From: Alphaproteobacteria bacterium
Lineage (GTDB): Bacteria; Pseudomonadota; Alphaproteobacteria; UBA828
Reading direction: 5' to 3'
Length of the DNA: 64,000 nt
Assembly (NCBI GenBank): GCA_965237415.1
Contig: CBDEFM010000001.1
Location: forward strand, 448,001 to 512,000
The notes beneath the pieces are model-generated. The model searched no databases. It was not told the DNA's origin and saw nothing but the letters and a program-made list of their open reading frames with translations. Below, one piece after another: positions 21,956 to 31,458 of this stretch (the first letter of the stretch is position 1; the number at the start of each line of letters is the position of its first letter). The translations under genes were made by a program, and so were the position numbers.

Positions 21956-22213
21956 TCGAGATTCTCTGTTCGATCACCGTGCATTCGCGTCGTCGGTCGG
22001 CAGACTGCCGCTCCGCCGCCCGCCGCCGCGCCGCAAGCAGCCGTTGGCCTGGACTGCCTTGTGCGGAGCGGTCATCCTCGCGCCCCCGCAGCGCCGGGAG
22101 ACGCCGAGGCCGGGAGGATATGCCAACACCGCCCCATTCACATAGACCGGAGCCACCGATGGCTGCGGGCCGCCGCATGATCCGGTCTCCGGATTCGCTG
22201 GCCTGAGAGCGCC

Positions 22214-22981
22214 ATGTCCCCCCTCTTCGACCTCACCGGCAAGTGCGCCGTCGTCACCGGCTCGACTAAGGGGATCGGCAAGGCCATCGCGCGCGCGCTC
22301 GCCCAGCATGGCGCGCAGGTCGTCGTTTCCAGCCGGGATGCAGGCCGGGTCGAGGCGACGGAGCGGGAGCTGCGCGACGAGGGACTCGCCGTGCTGGGCC
22401 TCACGTGCAACGTGGGGCGCAAGGAGGAACTCGAGCACCTGATCGAGGAAAGCCGCCGGGCCTTGGGACACATCGACATCGTCGTCGGCAACGCCGCCAT
22501 CAACCCGCACTACGGCTCGTTCGCGGACATCCCGGACCACACCTTCGCCAAGATCATGGCGACCAACGTGCAATCCAACCTCTGGCTCGCGCAGATGGTC
22601 GCGGCCGAGATGCGGGAGCGGAAGGACGGCGCGATCATCTACGTGTCGTCGATCGGGGGCCAGATCGGCTCCGACGTGATCGGCGCCTATTGCATCTCCA
22701 AGGCCGCCGACTTCCAGCTCGTGCGCAATCTTGCCGTGGAGCTCGGGCCGCACAACATCCGGGTCAACGCCATTACGCCCGGCCTCGTGCGAACGGATTT
22801 TGCGCGAGCGCTGTTGGAGGACGAGGAACGCGCGGCGGATCGGATCGCCCGAACGCCGCTCAGGCGGCTCGGCGAGCCCGAGGACATCGCAGGAATCGCG
22901 GTCTACCTGGCCTCGGACGCCGGCCGCTGGACCACCGGCCAAAGCTTCGTCGTGGACGGCGGCGTGTCGATCGCAGGATAG
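22214..22981 (+). CDS. short-chain dehydrogenase/reductase
   Basis: TGSTKGIG, YCISK, IRVNAITPG. Confidence 0.95.
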   Translation: MSPLFDLTGKCAVVTGSTKGIGKAIARALAQHGAQVVVSSRDAGRVEATERELRDEGLAVLGLTCNVGRKEELEHLIEESRRALGHIDIVVGNAAINPHYGSFADIPDHTFAKIMATNVQSNLWLAQMVAAEMRERKDGAIIYVSSIGGQIGSDVIGAYCISKAADFQLVRNLAVELGPHNIRVNAITPGLVRTDFARALLEDEERAADRIARTPLRRLGEPEDIAGIAVYLASDAGRWTTGQSFVVDGGVSIAG

Positions 22982-22995
22982 GCGACGCGCGCGGG

Positions 22996-23928
22996 TTAGT
23001 GACGAAGCGCGGCCACGATCTCGTGGCCATCGGCGACAAGGCGCTGCCCGATCGCGGCGATATGGCCGGGCCCGATCTCGCAGCAGCCGCCGACAATCCG
23101 GGCGCCTGCGGCAACCCAGTCCATGGCGTGGCCCGCATAGGCTGCCGGGCCCAGATCGTCACGCGCCTCCAGCGCCTCCACGGTTCCGCCCGGTTGCATG
23201 GCGCCTATGGAGACGAATCCGTTGGCATAGGCGCCGAACGGGACTCCAACGCCGGCCAACAGCGGCAGGGCGGCAGTCACCGCCTCGGGGCTCGAGCAGT
23301 TGATCAGTACCGCCTCGGCACCCGCGTCCACGGCCGCTTGCGCGCCTGCGGCAACCCCCTCGCCCGAGCGCAGCAGAGTGCCGTCGGCATCGTTTACCGA
23401 GAGGGCCGTCCAGACCGGCTTGCCGCTCTCGCCCGCCGCAACGGTCGCTGCGCGCGCTTCCGCCGCGGACAGCATGGTCTCGCACAGGAACAAGTCGACA
23501 TGATCTGCCTGCACGGAGACAATCCTGCGGTAGTTAGCGAGGCATTCGTCTTCGGGCGGCGTCAGGTCCGCCCGGTAGCTCCCGACCAGCGGCGGCAAAC
23601 AGCCGGCGATCCTGATGGCCTGTCCGCTCTTCTCGCGGGCGGATGTCGCTGCGGTGAGGGCGGCGCAATGCAATGTCTTGAACATGTCGGCCTTGCCGTC
23701 ACGGGTAAGCCTGTGCGGCGTCGCCGTGTAGGTGTTCGCCGTGATGATCCGCGCTCCGGCCTCGATGAAGTCGAGGTGCACGGCCTCAACGAGGTCCGGC
23801 TCGTCCATCATGACTTGAACGGACCAGAGCGGCGCCGCGGGGCGCGTGCTTCGCCTGTAGAGTTCCTGACCCACACCGCCGTCGAGGAGGACGATATCCG
23901 TGCCCGCGGCCGAAGTCGTCTCGGTCAT
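22996..23928 (-). CDS. homocysteine S-methyltransferase family protein
   Basis: LLDGG.G.EL, NC, GAYAN, IVGGCCEIGP.HI. Confidence 0.9.
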   Translation of the reverse strand: MTETTSAAGTDIVLLDGGVGQELYRRSTRPAAPLWSVQVMMDEPDLVEAVHLDFIEAGARIITANTYTATPHRLTRDGKADMFKTLHCAALTAATSAREKSGQAIRIAGCLPPLVGSYRADLTPPEDECLANYRRIVSVQADHVDLFLCETMLSAAEARAATVAAGESGKPVWTALSVNDADGTLLRSGEGVAAGAQAAVDAGAEAVLINCSSPEAVTAALPLLAGVGVPFGAYANGFVSIGAMQPGGTVEALEARDDLGPAAYAGHAMDWVAAGARIVGGCCEIGPGHIAAIGQRLVADGHEIVAALRH

Positions 23929-24122
23929 GCTTGCGCTCCACCTGCGGGCCTGCACGCATTCTCGCGGCGCCCGCACACGGGTTTTCCTCACCGCGCGATG
24001 ATAGCGACGGGCGTCTCGCGGAAACAGACCCGCGCGGCCGATCGGCCGGCCCGAGCGCTGGCAGCCGCCCCTGCCGCGTGCGAGACTCCGCGCATCCACT
24101 CCCCACCCTTCCACATCGGCAG

Positions 24123-25106
24123 ATGACAGCCATGGACTCATTGAACAGTCGCTTCACCGTCCGCAAAGGAGACTTCGACCGACCGGTGCTCGTCACCGGC
24201 TCGAGCGGGTGCATCGGGAGCTGGGCGCTTGCGATCCTCGTGCGCGCAGGCGTGCCCGCCGTCTCTTTCGACCTCGATACGAGCCGCCGACGGCCGGGCC
24301 TGTTGATGTCGGAGGAAGAACTCGCACAGGTAACCTGGATCGAGGGCGACATCGCCGATGCCGAGGCCGTCGACCGGGCCGTGGCGGAGAACGGGGTCGG
24401 TGCGATCCTCCATCTCGCCGCCTTGCAGGTGCCCTTCTGCCGCGCGGACCCCGTCGCGGGTGCTCGCGTCAACGTGGTGGGCACGGTGGCGGTTTTCGAG
24501 GCAGCGCGTCGCCACGGCGTGCGCCGCCTCGTCTACGCAAGCTCCATCGCCGCGCACGGCGCGCCGGCGGAGAGCCCCTACGCCTCCACTCTCTACGGCG
24601 CGTACAAGGCCTGCGACGAAGCGATCGCCCGGACCTATTGGCAGGACTGGGCGGTGCCCAGCATCGGGCTTCGCCCGGGCATCGTCTACGGAGTCGGCCG
24701 CGACCAGGGCATGACCTCGAAGACCACCATCGCGATCCTCGCGGCGGCGGCCGGGCGGGAATACGAGGTGCCCTTCACCGGCGCCGTGTCGTATCTCTAC
24801 GCGGGCGAGGTCGCGTCGGCGTTCCTGCAGGCCGTGTCGCGGGACGGCGACGGCGCGCCTGCCTTCGACTGCAATGGAACGGTCGTGCCGGTCGAGGACG
24901 CACTGGAGGTCCTACGGCGCCTCGCACCGGGCGCGCATGTGTGCGCAGGCGGCGAGCCGCTGCCCTTCCCAATGGAGGACCGGGATGCGCTCCTGCGCGC
25001 GCACATTGGCGAATACGGCGCGATCTCCCTCGAAGAGGGCACGGCCGAGACCTACCGGGCGTTCCAGGTCCTGCTTCAGGACGGGCGGGTGTCGGCCGAC
25101 TTCTGA
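24123..25106 (+). CDS. NAD-dependent epimerase/dehydratase
   Basis: VLVTGSSGCIG, HLAALQ, YGAYK, YGVGRDQG. Confidence 0.9.
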   Translation: MTAMDSLNSRFTVRKGDFDRPVLVTGSSGCIGSWALAILVRAGVPAVSFDLDTSRRRPGLLMSEEELAQVTWIEGDIADAEAVDRAVAENGVGAILHLAALQVPFCRADPVAGARVNVVGTVAVFEAARRHGVRRLVYASSIAAHGAPAESPYASTLYGAYKACDEAIARTYWQDWAVPSIGLRPGIVYGVGRDQGMTSKTTIAILAAAAGREYEVPFTGAVSYLYAGEVASAFLQAVSRDGDGAPAFDCNGTVVPVEDALEVLRRLAPGAHVCAGGEPLPFPMEDRDALLRAHIGEYGAISLEEGTAETYRAFQVLLQDGRVSADF

Positions 25107-25168
25107 CCCCGTGCTTACTCGGCCTCGAATGCGGCGATGATCGCGGAGCCGTCGGCGCCGGCCGCCTG

Positions 25169-27232
25169 TCACAGGTCGAGCGCGCTCACCGTGTCGGCGC
25201 GGGCCTGGATGAAGGCGAGGCGGGATTCGGGGCGTCGGCCCATCAGCTCCTCGACCCGGCGTGCCGTGGCCGCGCCCGCGTCTTCCGCGATTTCGACGCG
25301 CAGCAGCGTGCGCCGCGCCGGGTCCATCGTCGTTTCCTTGAGCTGGGCCGACGGCATTTCGCCCAGCCCCTTGAAGCGGCTGGTCTCGACCTTGCCGGCA
25401 CCGGCGAAGTCGCTGGCAAGCAGCCGCTCCCGGTCGGCATCGTCGCGCGCATAGCGCGTGGTGCCGCCACGCGCGAGCCGATAGAGCGGCGGCTGCGCCA
25501 GGAAGAGGTGTCCGCCGTCGATGAGGCCCGGCATCTGCCGGTAGAAGAACGTCATCAAGAGCGCAGCGATATGGGCGCCGTCCACATCCGCATCGGTCAT
25601 GATGACGACGCGCTCGTAGCGGAGCGCGCTTGCATCGAAGCGGGCACCGGTCCCGCAGCCGAGCGCCTGGACCAGATCGTCGAGCTCCTTGTTGCCGCGC
25701 AGCTTATCGGCGCTGGCACTGGCGACGTTGAGGATCTTGCCGCGCAGCGGCAGCACCGCTTGGGTCTCGCGGTTGCGCGCCTGCTTGGCGGAGCCGCCCG
25801 CGGAATCGCCCTCGACGAGGAAGATCTCGGTGCCATTCGCCGCCCCGCGCGCGCAATCGGCGAGCTTGCCCGGCAGTCGGGTCTTACGGGCCGCGCGCTT
25901 GCGGGCGACTTCGCGGTCCTTCCGGCGCCTCAGACGCTCCTCGGCGCGCTCGACGACGCGGTCTAGCAGCAGGTTGGCGGCAGCCGGATCGGCCGACAAC
26001 CAATGGTCGAAATGATCGCCCAGCGCGCTCTCGACCATGCGTCCGGCTTCGGGCGAGGTCAGACGCTCCTTGGTCTGCCCCTGGAACTGCGGCTCGCGCA
26101 GAAAGACGGAGAGGAGCGCGCAGGCGCCGCCGACGACATCCTCGGCGTTGAGCTGGGCGGCGCGCTTGTTTCCCACGAGCGCGCCGTAGGCCCTGAGACC
26201 GCGCACCAGCGCGGTGCGCATGCCTGCCTCGTGGCTACCGCCCAAGCTGGTGGGGACCGTGTTGCAGTGGGAGGCGACAAAGCCCTCCTCGTCCTCCGGC
26301 CAGGCGAACGCCCACTCGACCCGGCCGGAGTCGCCGTTGAGCGTGCCCTGGCCGGCGAAGGGAGCCGGTGTCAGCGTGTGGCACTTACCGAGGACGGCGG
26401 ACAGATAGTCGACCAGGCCGCCCGGATAGTGCAGGACCGCTTTCTCCGGCGCCGCGCCGGCGCCTGCGAGCAGCGCTGCATCGCAGGACCAGCGGATCTC
26501 GACGCCACGGTGGAGGTAGGCCCTCGTCCGCGCCATCTCGTAGAGCGGCTCCGGCTGAAAGCGTAGCGCTTCGCCAAAGATCTTGGAATCGGGGCGGAAA
26601 CGCACGAGCGTGCCGCGCCGGTTGGTCACGGGGCCGGCGTCCTCGAGCGGGCCTTTCGGGCGACCACGCGCGTAAGCCTGCCGCCACAGCCGCTTGTCGC
26701 GCGCCACCTCGACCGTCAGCGCCTCGGAGAGCGCGTTGACCACCGAGAGGCCGACGCCGTGCACCCCTCCCGATGTCGCATACACCTTGTCGCCGAACTT
26801 CCCGCCGGAGTGCAGCGTGGTCAGGATCACTTCCAGCGCCGAGACATTCTTGTATTTCGGATGCGGATCGACCGGGATGCCCCGGCCGTTGTCCCTGACC
26901 GACGCCGAGCCGTCGTCGTGGAGCATGATCTCGATCCGGCTCGCGTGGCCGGCGATCGCCTCGTCCATCGCATTGTCGAGCAGTTCGGCGACGAGGTGAT
27001 GCAGCGCCCGCTGATCGGTGCCGCCGATGAACATGCCGGGCCGGCGGCGCACCGGCTCCAACCCCTCCAGTATCTCGATGTCGTGCGCCGTGTAGTCGCC
27101 ATTACCGGGCGGCGCAGGCTGGGGCGCCTGCCGTCGCCGGCGACCCACGCGCGGTGTCTTGCGCGCCGCTTTGGCTTTCTTGGCAGGGGCGCTCTCGTCG
27201 AGCCCTTCGAAGAGATCGAGGGTATCGGCCAT
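25169..27232 (-). CDS. parE: DNA topoisomerase IV subunit B
   Basis: LEGLEPVRRRPGM, E.LDNAMDE, LHSGGKF, EGDSAGG, PLRGKILNV, MTDADVDG, RFKGLGEM; short, lacking the GyrB insertion. Confidence 0.9.
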   Translation of the reverse strand: MADTLDLFEGLDESAPAKKAKAARKTPRVGRRRRQAPQPAPPGNGDYTAHDIEILEGLEPVRRRPGMFIGGTDQRALHHLVAELLDNAMDEAIAGHASRIEIMLHDDGSASVRDNGRGIPVDPHPKYKNVSALEVILTTLHSGGKFGDKVYATSGGVHGVGLSVVNALSEALTVEVARDKRLWRQAYARGRPKGPLEDAGPVTNRRGTLVRFRPDSKIFGEALRFQPEPLYEMARTRAYLHRGVEIRWSCDAALLAGAGAAPEKAVLHYPGGLVDYLSAVLGKCHTLTPAPFAGQGTLNGDSGRVEWAFAWPEDEEGFVASHCNTVPTSLGGSHEAGMRTALVRGLRAYGALVGNKRAAQLNAEDVVGGACALLSVFLREPQFQGQTKERLTSPEAGRMVESALGDHFDHWLSADPAAANLLLDRVVERAEERLRRRKDREVARKRAARKTRLPGKLADCARGAANGTEIFLVEGDSAGGSAKQARNRETQAVLPLRGKILNVASASADKLRGNKELDDLVQALGCGTGARFDASALRYERVVIMTDADVDGAHIAALLMTFFYRQMPGLIDGGHLFLAQPPLYRLARGGTTRYARDDADRERLLASDFAGAGKVETSRFKGLGEMPSAQLKETTMDPARRTLLRVEIAEDAGAATARRVEELMGRRPESRLAFIQARADTVSALDL

Positions 27233-27392
27233 GAGGTTCAGTTGGTCCGGCAATCGCGTGGACACACCGACGCCCAATATAGGGAGGCGTAGGGTGCCTG
27301 CCAACGATCCTTCGACATGTTGTGGGTAGGCGGTACTCCTCTACCACAAGTCGTTGCTTGCGGCCCCATCCGGCAATCCCAATGTTGGCTGC

Positions 27393-27880
27393 GTGCGCCT
27401 CTGGAGCCTCCATCCACAGTATCTCGATGCCAAGGGGCTGGTCGCGCTGTGGCGGGAAGCCCTGCTCGCCCAAGCTGTGCTGAGCGGCAAGACCGCGGGA
27501 TACCGGCACCATCCCCAACTGCACCGCTTCCGGGCGCAGCCATCGCCTCTCTGCGCCATCGCCGCCTATCTCGCGCGGTGCACGCCGAGGCTGTGGTGCG
27601 CGGCTACCGCTTCGATGCCGGCCAGATCAGTGCCGACCGCACCGCTCCCCGGATCGCTGTGACGCGCGGTCAGCTCGACTTCGAGTGGCGCCACCTGATG
27701 GCGAAGCTGGAGGCGCGGGCGCCTGAACGGTGGCGGACGATGAGGGCATCCGACGCCGTGGAGCCGCACCCGCTGTTCCGAATGGTCCCCGGCGAGGTCG
27801 CAGGCTGGGAGCGACAATGGCGCCGCTCCCCTCACCCGGATGGCTCGTCGAGGCCCTCCTTCGTCTCCGCGAGTACCTGA
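27393..27880 (+). pseudogene. pyrimidine-dimer DNA glycosylase/endonuclease V family protein, frameshifted
   Basis: MRLWSLHPQYLDAKGLVALWREALLAQAVL.G.T.GYRHHPQL.RF continues in another frame as AVHAEA..RGYRFD...GQL.FEW.HL..KL...HPLF; shift at about 27572-27578. Confidence 0.8.
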
Positions 27881-29001
27881 TCCACCACCTGGTGCAACGC
27901 CTCCTCCCGCGAGTCTCCCTCCAGAAGGCGCAAGCGGTAGAGATCGACCTGGCGGTCTGCGCTGGTCCCCTCCCTGATGATGGCGAGCGCGTGGCCGATC
28001 TCGGCCTCGCAGCCGAGCGCGCGCGCATCGTCCGCGAGCTCCTCCACCAGCTCCGCCGCGTAGTCGTCGATATCCACCCGCCCGTCGCCCGCGCTCCTGT
28101 CGCCGAAGAAGGCGAGCACCCCGTAGCGCTGGGCGATCCAGCGATCCTGGGCGATGAGCTCGGTGAGCGGCTCTGGCGGCAGCGCGCCGTCGCGGTCGAG
28201 GCGCGAAAGCCAGCGGATGAGGGCGGCGTAGAGCGCCGCGATGCTCACCGCGTCCTCCAGGCGCGTACAGACGTCGCAGATTCGCAGCTCGATGGTTGGG
28301 AATGCGCTGGCCGGGCGAATGTCCCACCAAAGCTCTCTGGCATCTCCGATGTATTCCATGCGCCGATATTCGGCGACGAGCCGCTCGTACTCGGCCCGGG
28401 AGTGCAGCGGGCCGGGCAGGCCGGTGCGCGGCAAGGCGCCCATCACGGTGAGACGAAATGACTTGAACCCGGTCTCATGCCCGCCGTTGAGCGGCGAGGA
28501 AGTGGAGAGCGCATGCAGCAGCGGCAGGTAGCGCCTGAGCGCAGTCATGACCCGAATGCGCGAGTCTTCATCGCCGAAGCCCGCGTGAATGTGCATGCCG
28601 CTAACGAGGGTGCGACGCACGGTCTCCTGGTACGTGGAGGCGAACCGCCTGTAGCGCTCCCCGGGCGTGAGCGCCTGCTCCCGCCACGAGGCGAAAGGAT
28701 GGGTGGAGGCGGCCATCACCTGGGCGCCGTGCCATTCAGCCGCCTCGATGACGAGCCGCCGGGTCTCGCGCAGCGCCTGGCGCACCTCCGCCACCCCGCT
28801 GCACACCCGCGTGTTGGTCTCGATCTGGGAGCGGAGGAACTCGTGCACCACCTTGTGGGGGCCACTATTCGCCTCGCACGTCTCGAAGATTCTTTCGTCG
28901 GGATCGGCGAGGAGATCGCGGGTATCGGCGTCGACGAGAAAGAATTCCTCCTCGACCCCGAGTGTGATCCCGAGGCCATCGCCGGTGTCGGCGGGATTCA
29001 T
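27832..29001 (-). CDS. carboxylate-amine ligase (YbdK/GCS2 family)
   Basis: TLGVEEEFFLVD, QIE, THPF, GMHIH, LWWDIRP...PTIELRICD. Confidence 0.92.
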   Translation of the reverse strand: MNPADTGDGLGITLGVEEEFFLVDADTRDLLADPDERIFETCEANSGPHKVVHEFLRSQIETNTRVCSGVAEVRQALRETRRLVIEAAEWHGAQVMAASTHPFASWREQALTPGERYRRFASTYQETVRRTLVSGMHIHAGFGDEDSRIRVMTALRRYLPLLHALSTSSPLNGGHETGFKSFRLTVMGALPRTGLPGPLHSRAEYERLVAEYRRMEYIGDARELWWDIRPASAFPTIELRICDVCTRLEDAVSIAALYAALIRWLSRLDRDGALPPEPLTELIAQDRWIAQRYGVLAFFGDRSAGDGRVDIDDYAAELVEELADDARALGCEAEIGHALAIIREGTSADRQVDLYRLRLLEGDSREEALHQVVDQVLAETKEGLDEPSG

Positions 29002-29236
29002 GGCCCGCCCGCGGCATCTGGCCGCGCCGTCCTGTGACTCGTCATCGCCAAGACCTCGTCATCGCATATCGCGTCATTGCGACCGAGGATCACGCCGGGC
29101 CGTCCGTCGCGTAAGACAGCCTGGGGAAGCCTGCACCGGCGTGGGATGCCCCTCGCTTGCCGGTATACTGTATCTTGCCTTGCGGGGCCGCGCGCGCTCC
29201 GCCTGACGGGAACGACACAACAGCGAAGAGAGACCG

Positions 29237-30373
29237 GTGCAGCCCCAGACCGAACAACGCCTCGCCGCCGAGGCGCTCGACCGCATCGGCCGCCAGACCT
29301 TGCCGGAGGCCGACGCCGCGATGGCGGTGGACGGCACCCGCTATACCTGCAAGACGGCCCTCGCCAACGAGATCGCGGCGCTCTTCCGGCGTCACCCGCT
29401 GCCCCTCGCCTTCGGCTGTGAGATCGCGGAGCCCGGCGACTATCTCACGCTCGATATCGCAGGCGTGCCGGTGCTGCTGATCCGCGCCGACGACGGCACG
29501 GTGCAGGGCCTGCTCAACACCTGCCGGCACCGCGGCGCCCGCCTGCTGGATGGCGCCGGCCACGTCGGCAAGGCGTTTGTCTGCCCCTACCACAATTGGG
29601 CCTATGACCGCTGCGGCGTGCTCCGGGCCCAGCCATCGGCCGAGCACTTCCCCGACATCGCGGTCGGCGAGGCCGGCCTGGTGCGCTTCCCGACCGAGGA
29701 GCGCGACGGTCTCGTCTGGCTGATGCTCGACCCCGCCGGCACGCTCGACCTCGACGAAGCCCTCGGCGGTCTCGGCCCGGAGCTTGCGGCCTTCGGGCTC
29801 GCGGACTACCGCCACCGCGGCAGCCACGTTTGGACCAAGCAGATGAACTGGAAGTTGGGGGTCGATACCTTCCTTGAGTACTACCACGTGCCGATCCTGC
29901 ACCGCGCCTCCATCGGCAAGACGCTGTTCGGCACGGTCTTCCTCTACGAGGCCTGCGGCCGCCATGCCCGGCTGGTCGCGCCCCGCCGCAGCATCGTAGA
30001 CCAGCAGGGCGGCGACCCGGCGACGTGGCGCGTTCTTCCGCACGCGACGATCGTCTACCGGCTCTTCCCCAACGCGGTGTTCATCAGCCAGGGCCCGCAC
30101 GTCGAGCTCGTGCGCTTCTTCCCCGAGCCCGCGCGGCCGGACACAACCGCGTGCCGCTTCAGCTTCGCCTCGCCTTCCGACGATACGAGCGGGCGCGACT
30201 GGGAGGAGATGATGCGGCTCGCGCTCGGCGTGCTGGACAGCGAGGATTTCGCCGTGATGGAGGGCGTGCAGGCCAATCTCGCCGCCGGCGTGCAGCGCGA
30301 GATCGTGTTCGGCCGGAACGAGATCGGCCTCCAGAATTTTCACCAGATGCGCGATGCCGCGCTGAGCAGCTGA
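29237..30373 (+). CDS. Rieske non-heme iron oxygenase alpha subunit
   Basis: CRHRG...CPYHNW Rieske motif; NWK...D.FLEYYHVP.LH. Confidence 0.92.
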   Translation: MQPQTEQRLAAEALDRIGRQTLPEADAAMAVDGTRYTCKTALANEIAALFRRHPLPLAFGCEIAEPGDYLTLDIAGVPVLLIRADDGTVQGLLNTCRHRGARLLDGAGHVGKAFVCPYHNWAYDRCGVLRAQPSAEHFPDIAVGEAGLVRFPTEERDGLVWLMLDPAGTLDLDEALGGLGPELAAFGLADYRHRGSHVWTKQMNWKLGVDTFLEYYHVPILHRASIGKTLFGTVFLYEACGRHARLVAPRRSIVDQQGGDPATWRVLPHATIVYRLFPNAVFISQGPHVELVRFFPEPARPDTTACRFSFASPSDDTSGRDWEEMMRLALGVLDSEDFAVMEGVQANLAAGVQREIVFGRNEIGLQNFHQMRDAALSS

Positions 30374-30395
30374 GCGCGGCGCCGGGAGCACAACC

Positions 30396-31304
30396 ATGTC
30401 CAAGACCTATCTCTTCACCGTCGGCCCTTCGACCCCGCCGGCAATGACCATCGACTCCGGCGCCGAGATCGAGGTCACGGTCGACGGCGCCTTCGACGAT
30501 ATCGAGGACATCGCCCAGGTGCCGACGCCGTTCACGCCGGCGTCGGAAGGACATCCGCTCGCGCCCGTGACCGGGCCGATCGCCGTGCGCGGTGCGCGGC
30601 CGGGCGATTCCGTGGCGATCGACCTGCTCTCCATCGAGCCCTTCGGCGAGGGTGCCAACGCGATCTTGCGTGATTTCGGTGTGCTCAAGGAGGAGTTCAC
30701 GGAGCCCGCGATCGTCTCCTGCCCGATCCGCGAGGGGCAGGCCTGGTTCGGCGACCGGGTGGCGATCCCGCTCGCGCCCAATCTCGGCACGCTGTCGACG
30801 ATGCCGCCGGAAGGCTACCGCCCTTCCCATGCCGGACCCTACGGCGGCGACTTCGACCAGCGCGACGTGGGCGTCGGCGCGCGTGTCCACCTTCCGGTGA
30901 TGGTGGACGACGCGCTGATCTTCTTGGCCGACCCCCATGCCGCGATCAGCGACGGCATCATCAGCGGCACCGGCGTCGAGTGCTCGGCGCGGGTGCGGGC
31001 GCGGATCGCGCTGAACAAGGAAAGCCCGGTCGAGCGCCCGATCTTCGAGCACAATGGCACGGTGCAGATCGTGGGCTATGGCCCTTCGGTGGAGGCGGCG
31101 ACGGAAGACGCGTCTGCCGCCGCCGTCGGCCTTGTCTCGCGCTGGACCGGGCTCACGCGGCGCGAGGCCTACATGCTGCTCGGCATCGTGGGCGAGTTGC
31201 GCATCGGCACCTCGCCCCGGCCCACCATGGCTGCCCGGCTGATCGTGGACAAGACGGTGCTCGTCTCGGCGGGCTGGGACGGCGCCGTGGTGCCTGAGGT
31301 CTGA
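30396..31304 (+). CDS. acetamidase/formamidase family protein
   Basis: TGPI.V.GARPGD, GG.FD, D.HA...DG..SGTG.E. Confidence 0.85.
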   Translation: MSKTYLFTVGPSTPPAMTIDSGAEIEVTVDGAFDDIEDIAQVPTPFTPASEGHPLAPVTGPIAVRGARPGDSVAIDLLSIEPFGEGANAILRDFGVLKEEFTEPAIVSCPIREGQAWFGDRVAIPLAPNLGTLSTMPPEGYRPSHAGPYGGDFDQRDVGVGARVHLPVMVDDALIFLADPHAAISDGIISGTGVECSARVRARIALNKESPVERPIFEHNGTVQIVGYGPSVEAATEDASAAAVGLVSRWTGLTRREAYMLLGIVGELRIGTSPRPTMAARLIVDKTVLVSAGWDGAVVPEV

Positions 31305-31341
31305 CGGCCGCCAACGCCGTATCCCCGGTTATCCCGAGCTC

Positions 31342-31458
31342 CTAGGAGCCTGCGCCGCAGAACGCTTTTGGGCACCTTCAGACACCATAGGTAGTGGTAA
31401 AGAATGATCTGATACCACTACATATAGTAGTCAATTTTCCTACGGCGCAGGCTCCTAG
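31342..31458. mobile_element. MITE (109 bp plus CTAG duplication), IS5-like ends
   Basis: CTAG-GAGCCTGCGCCG(C)AG ... CT(A)CGGCGCAGGCTC-CTAG terminal inverted repeats; AT-rich core; no ORF. Confidence 0.8.
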
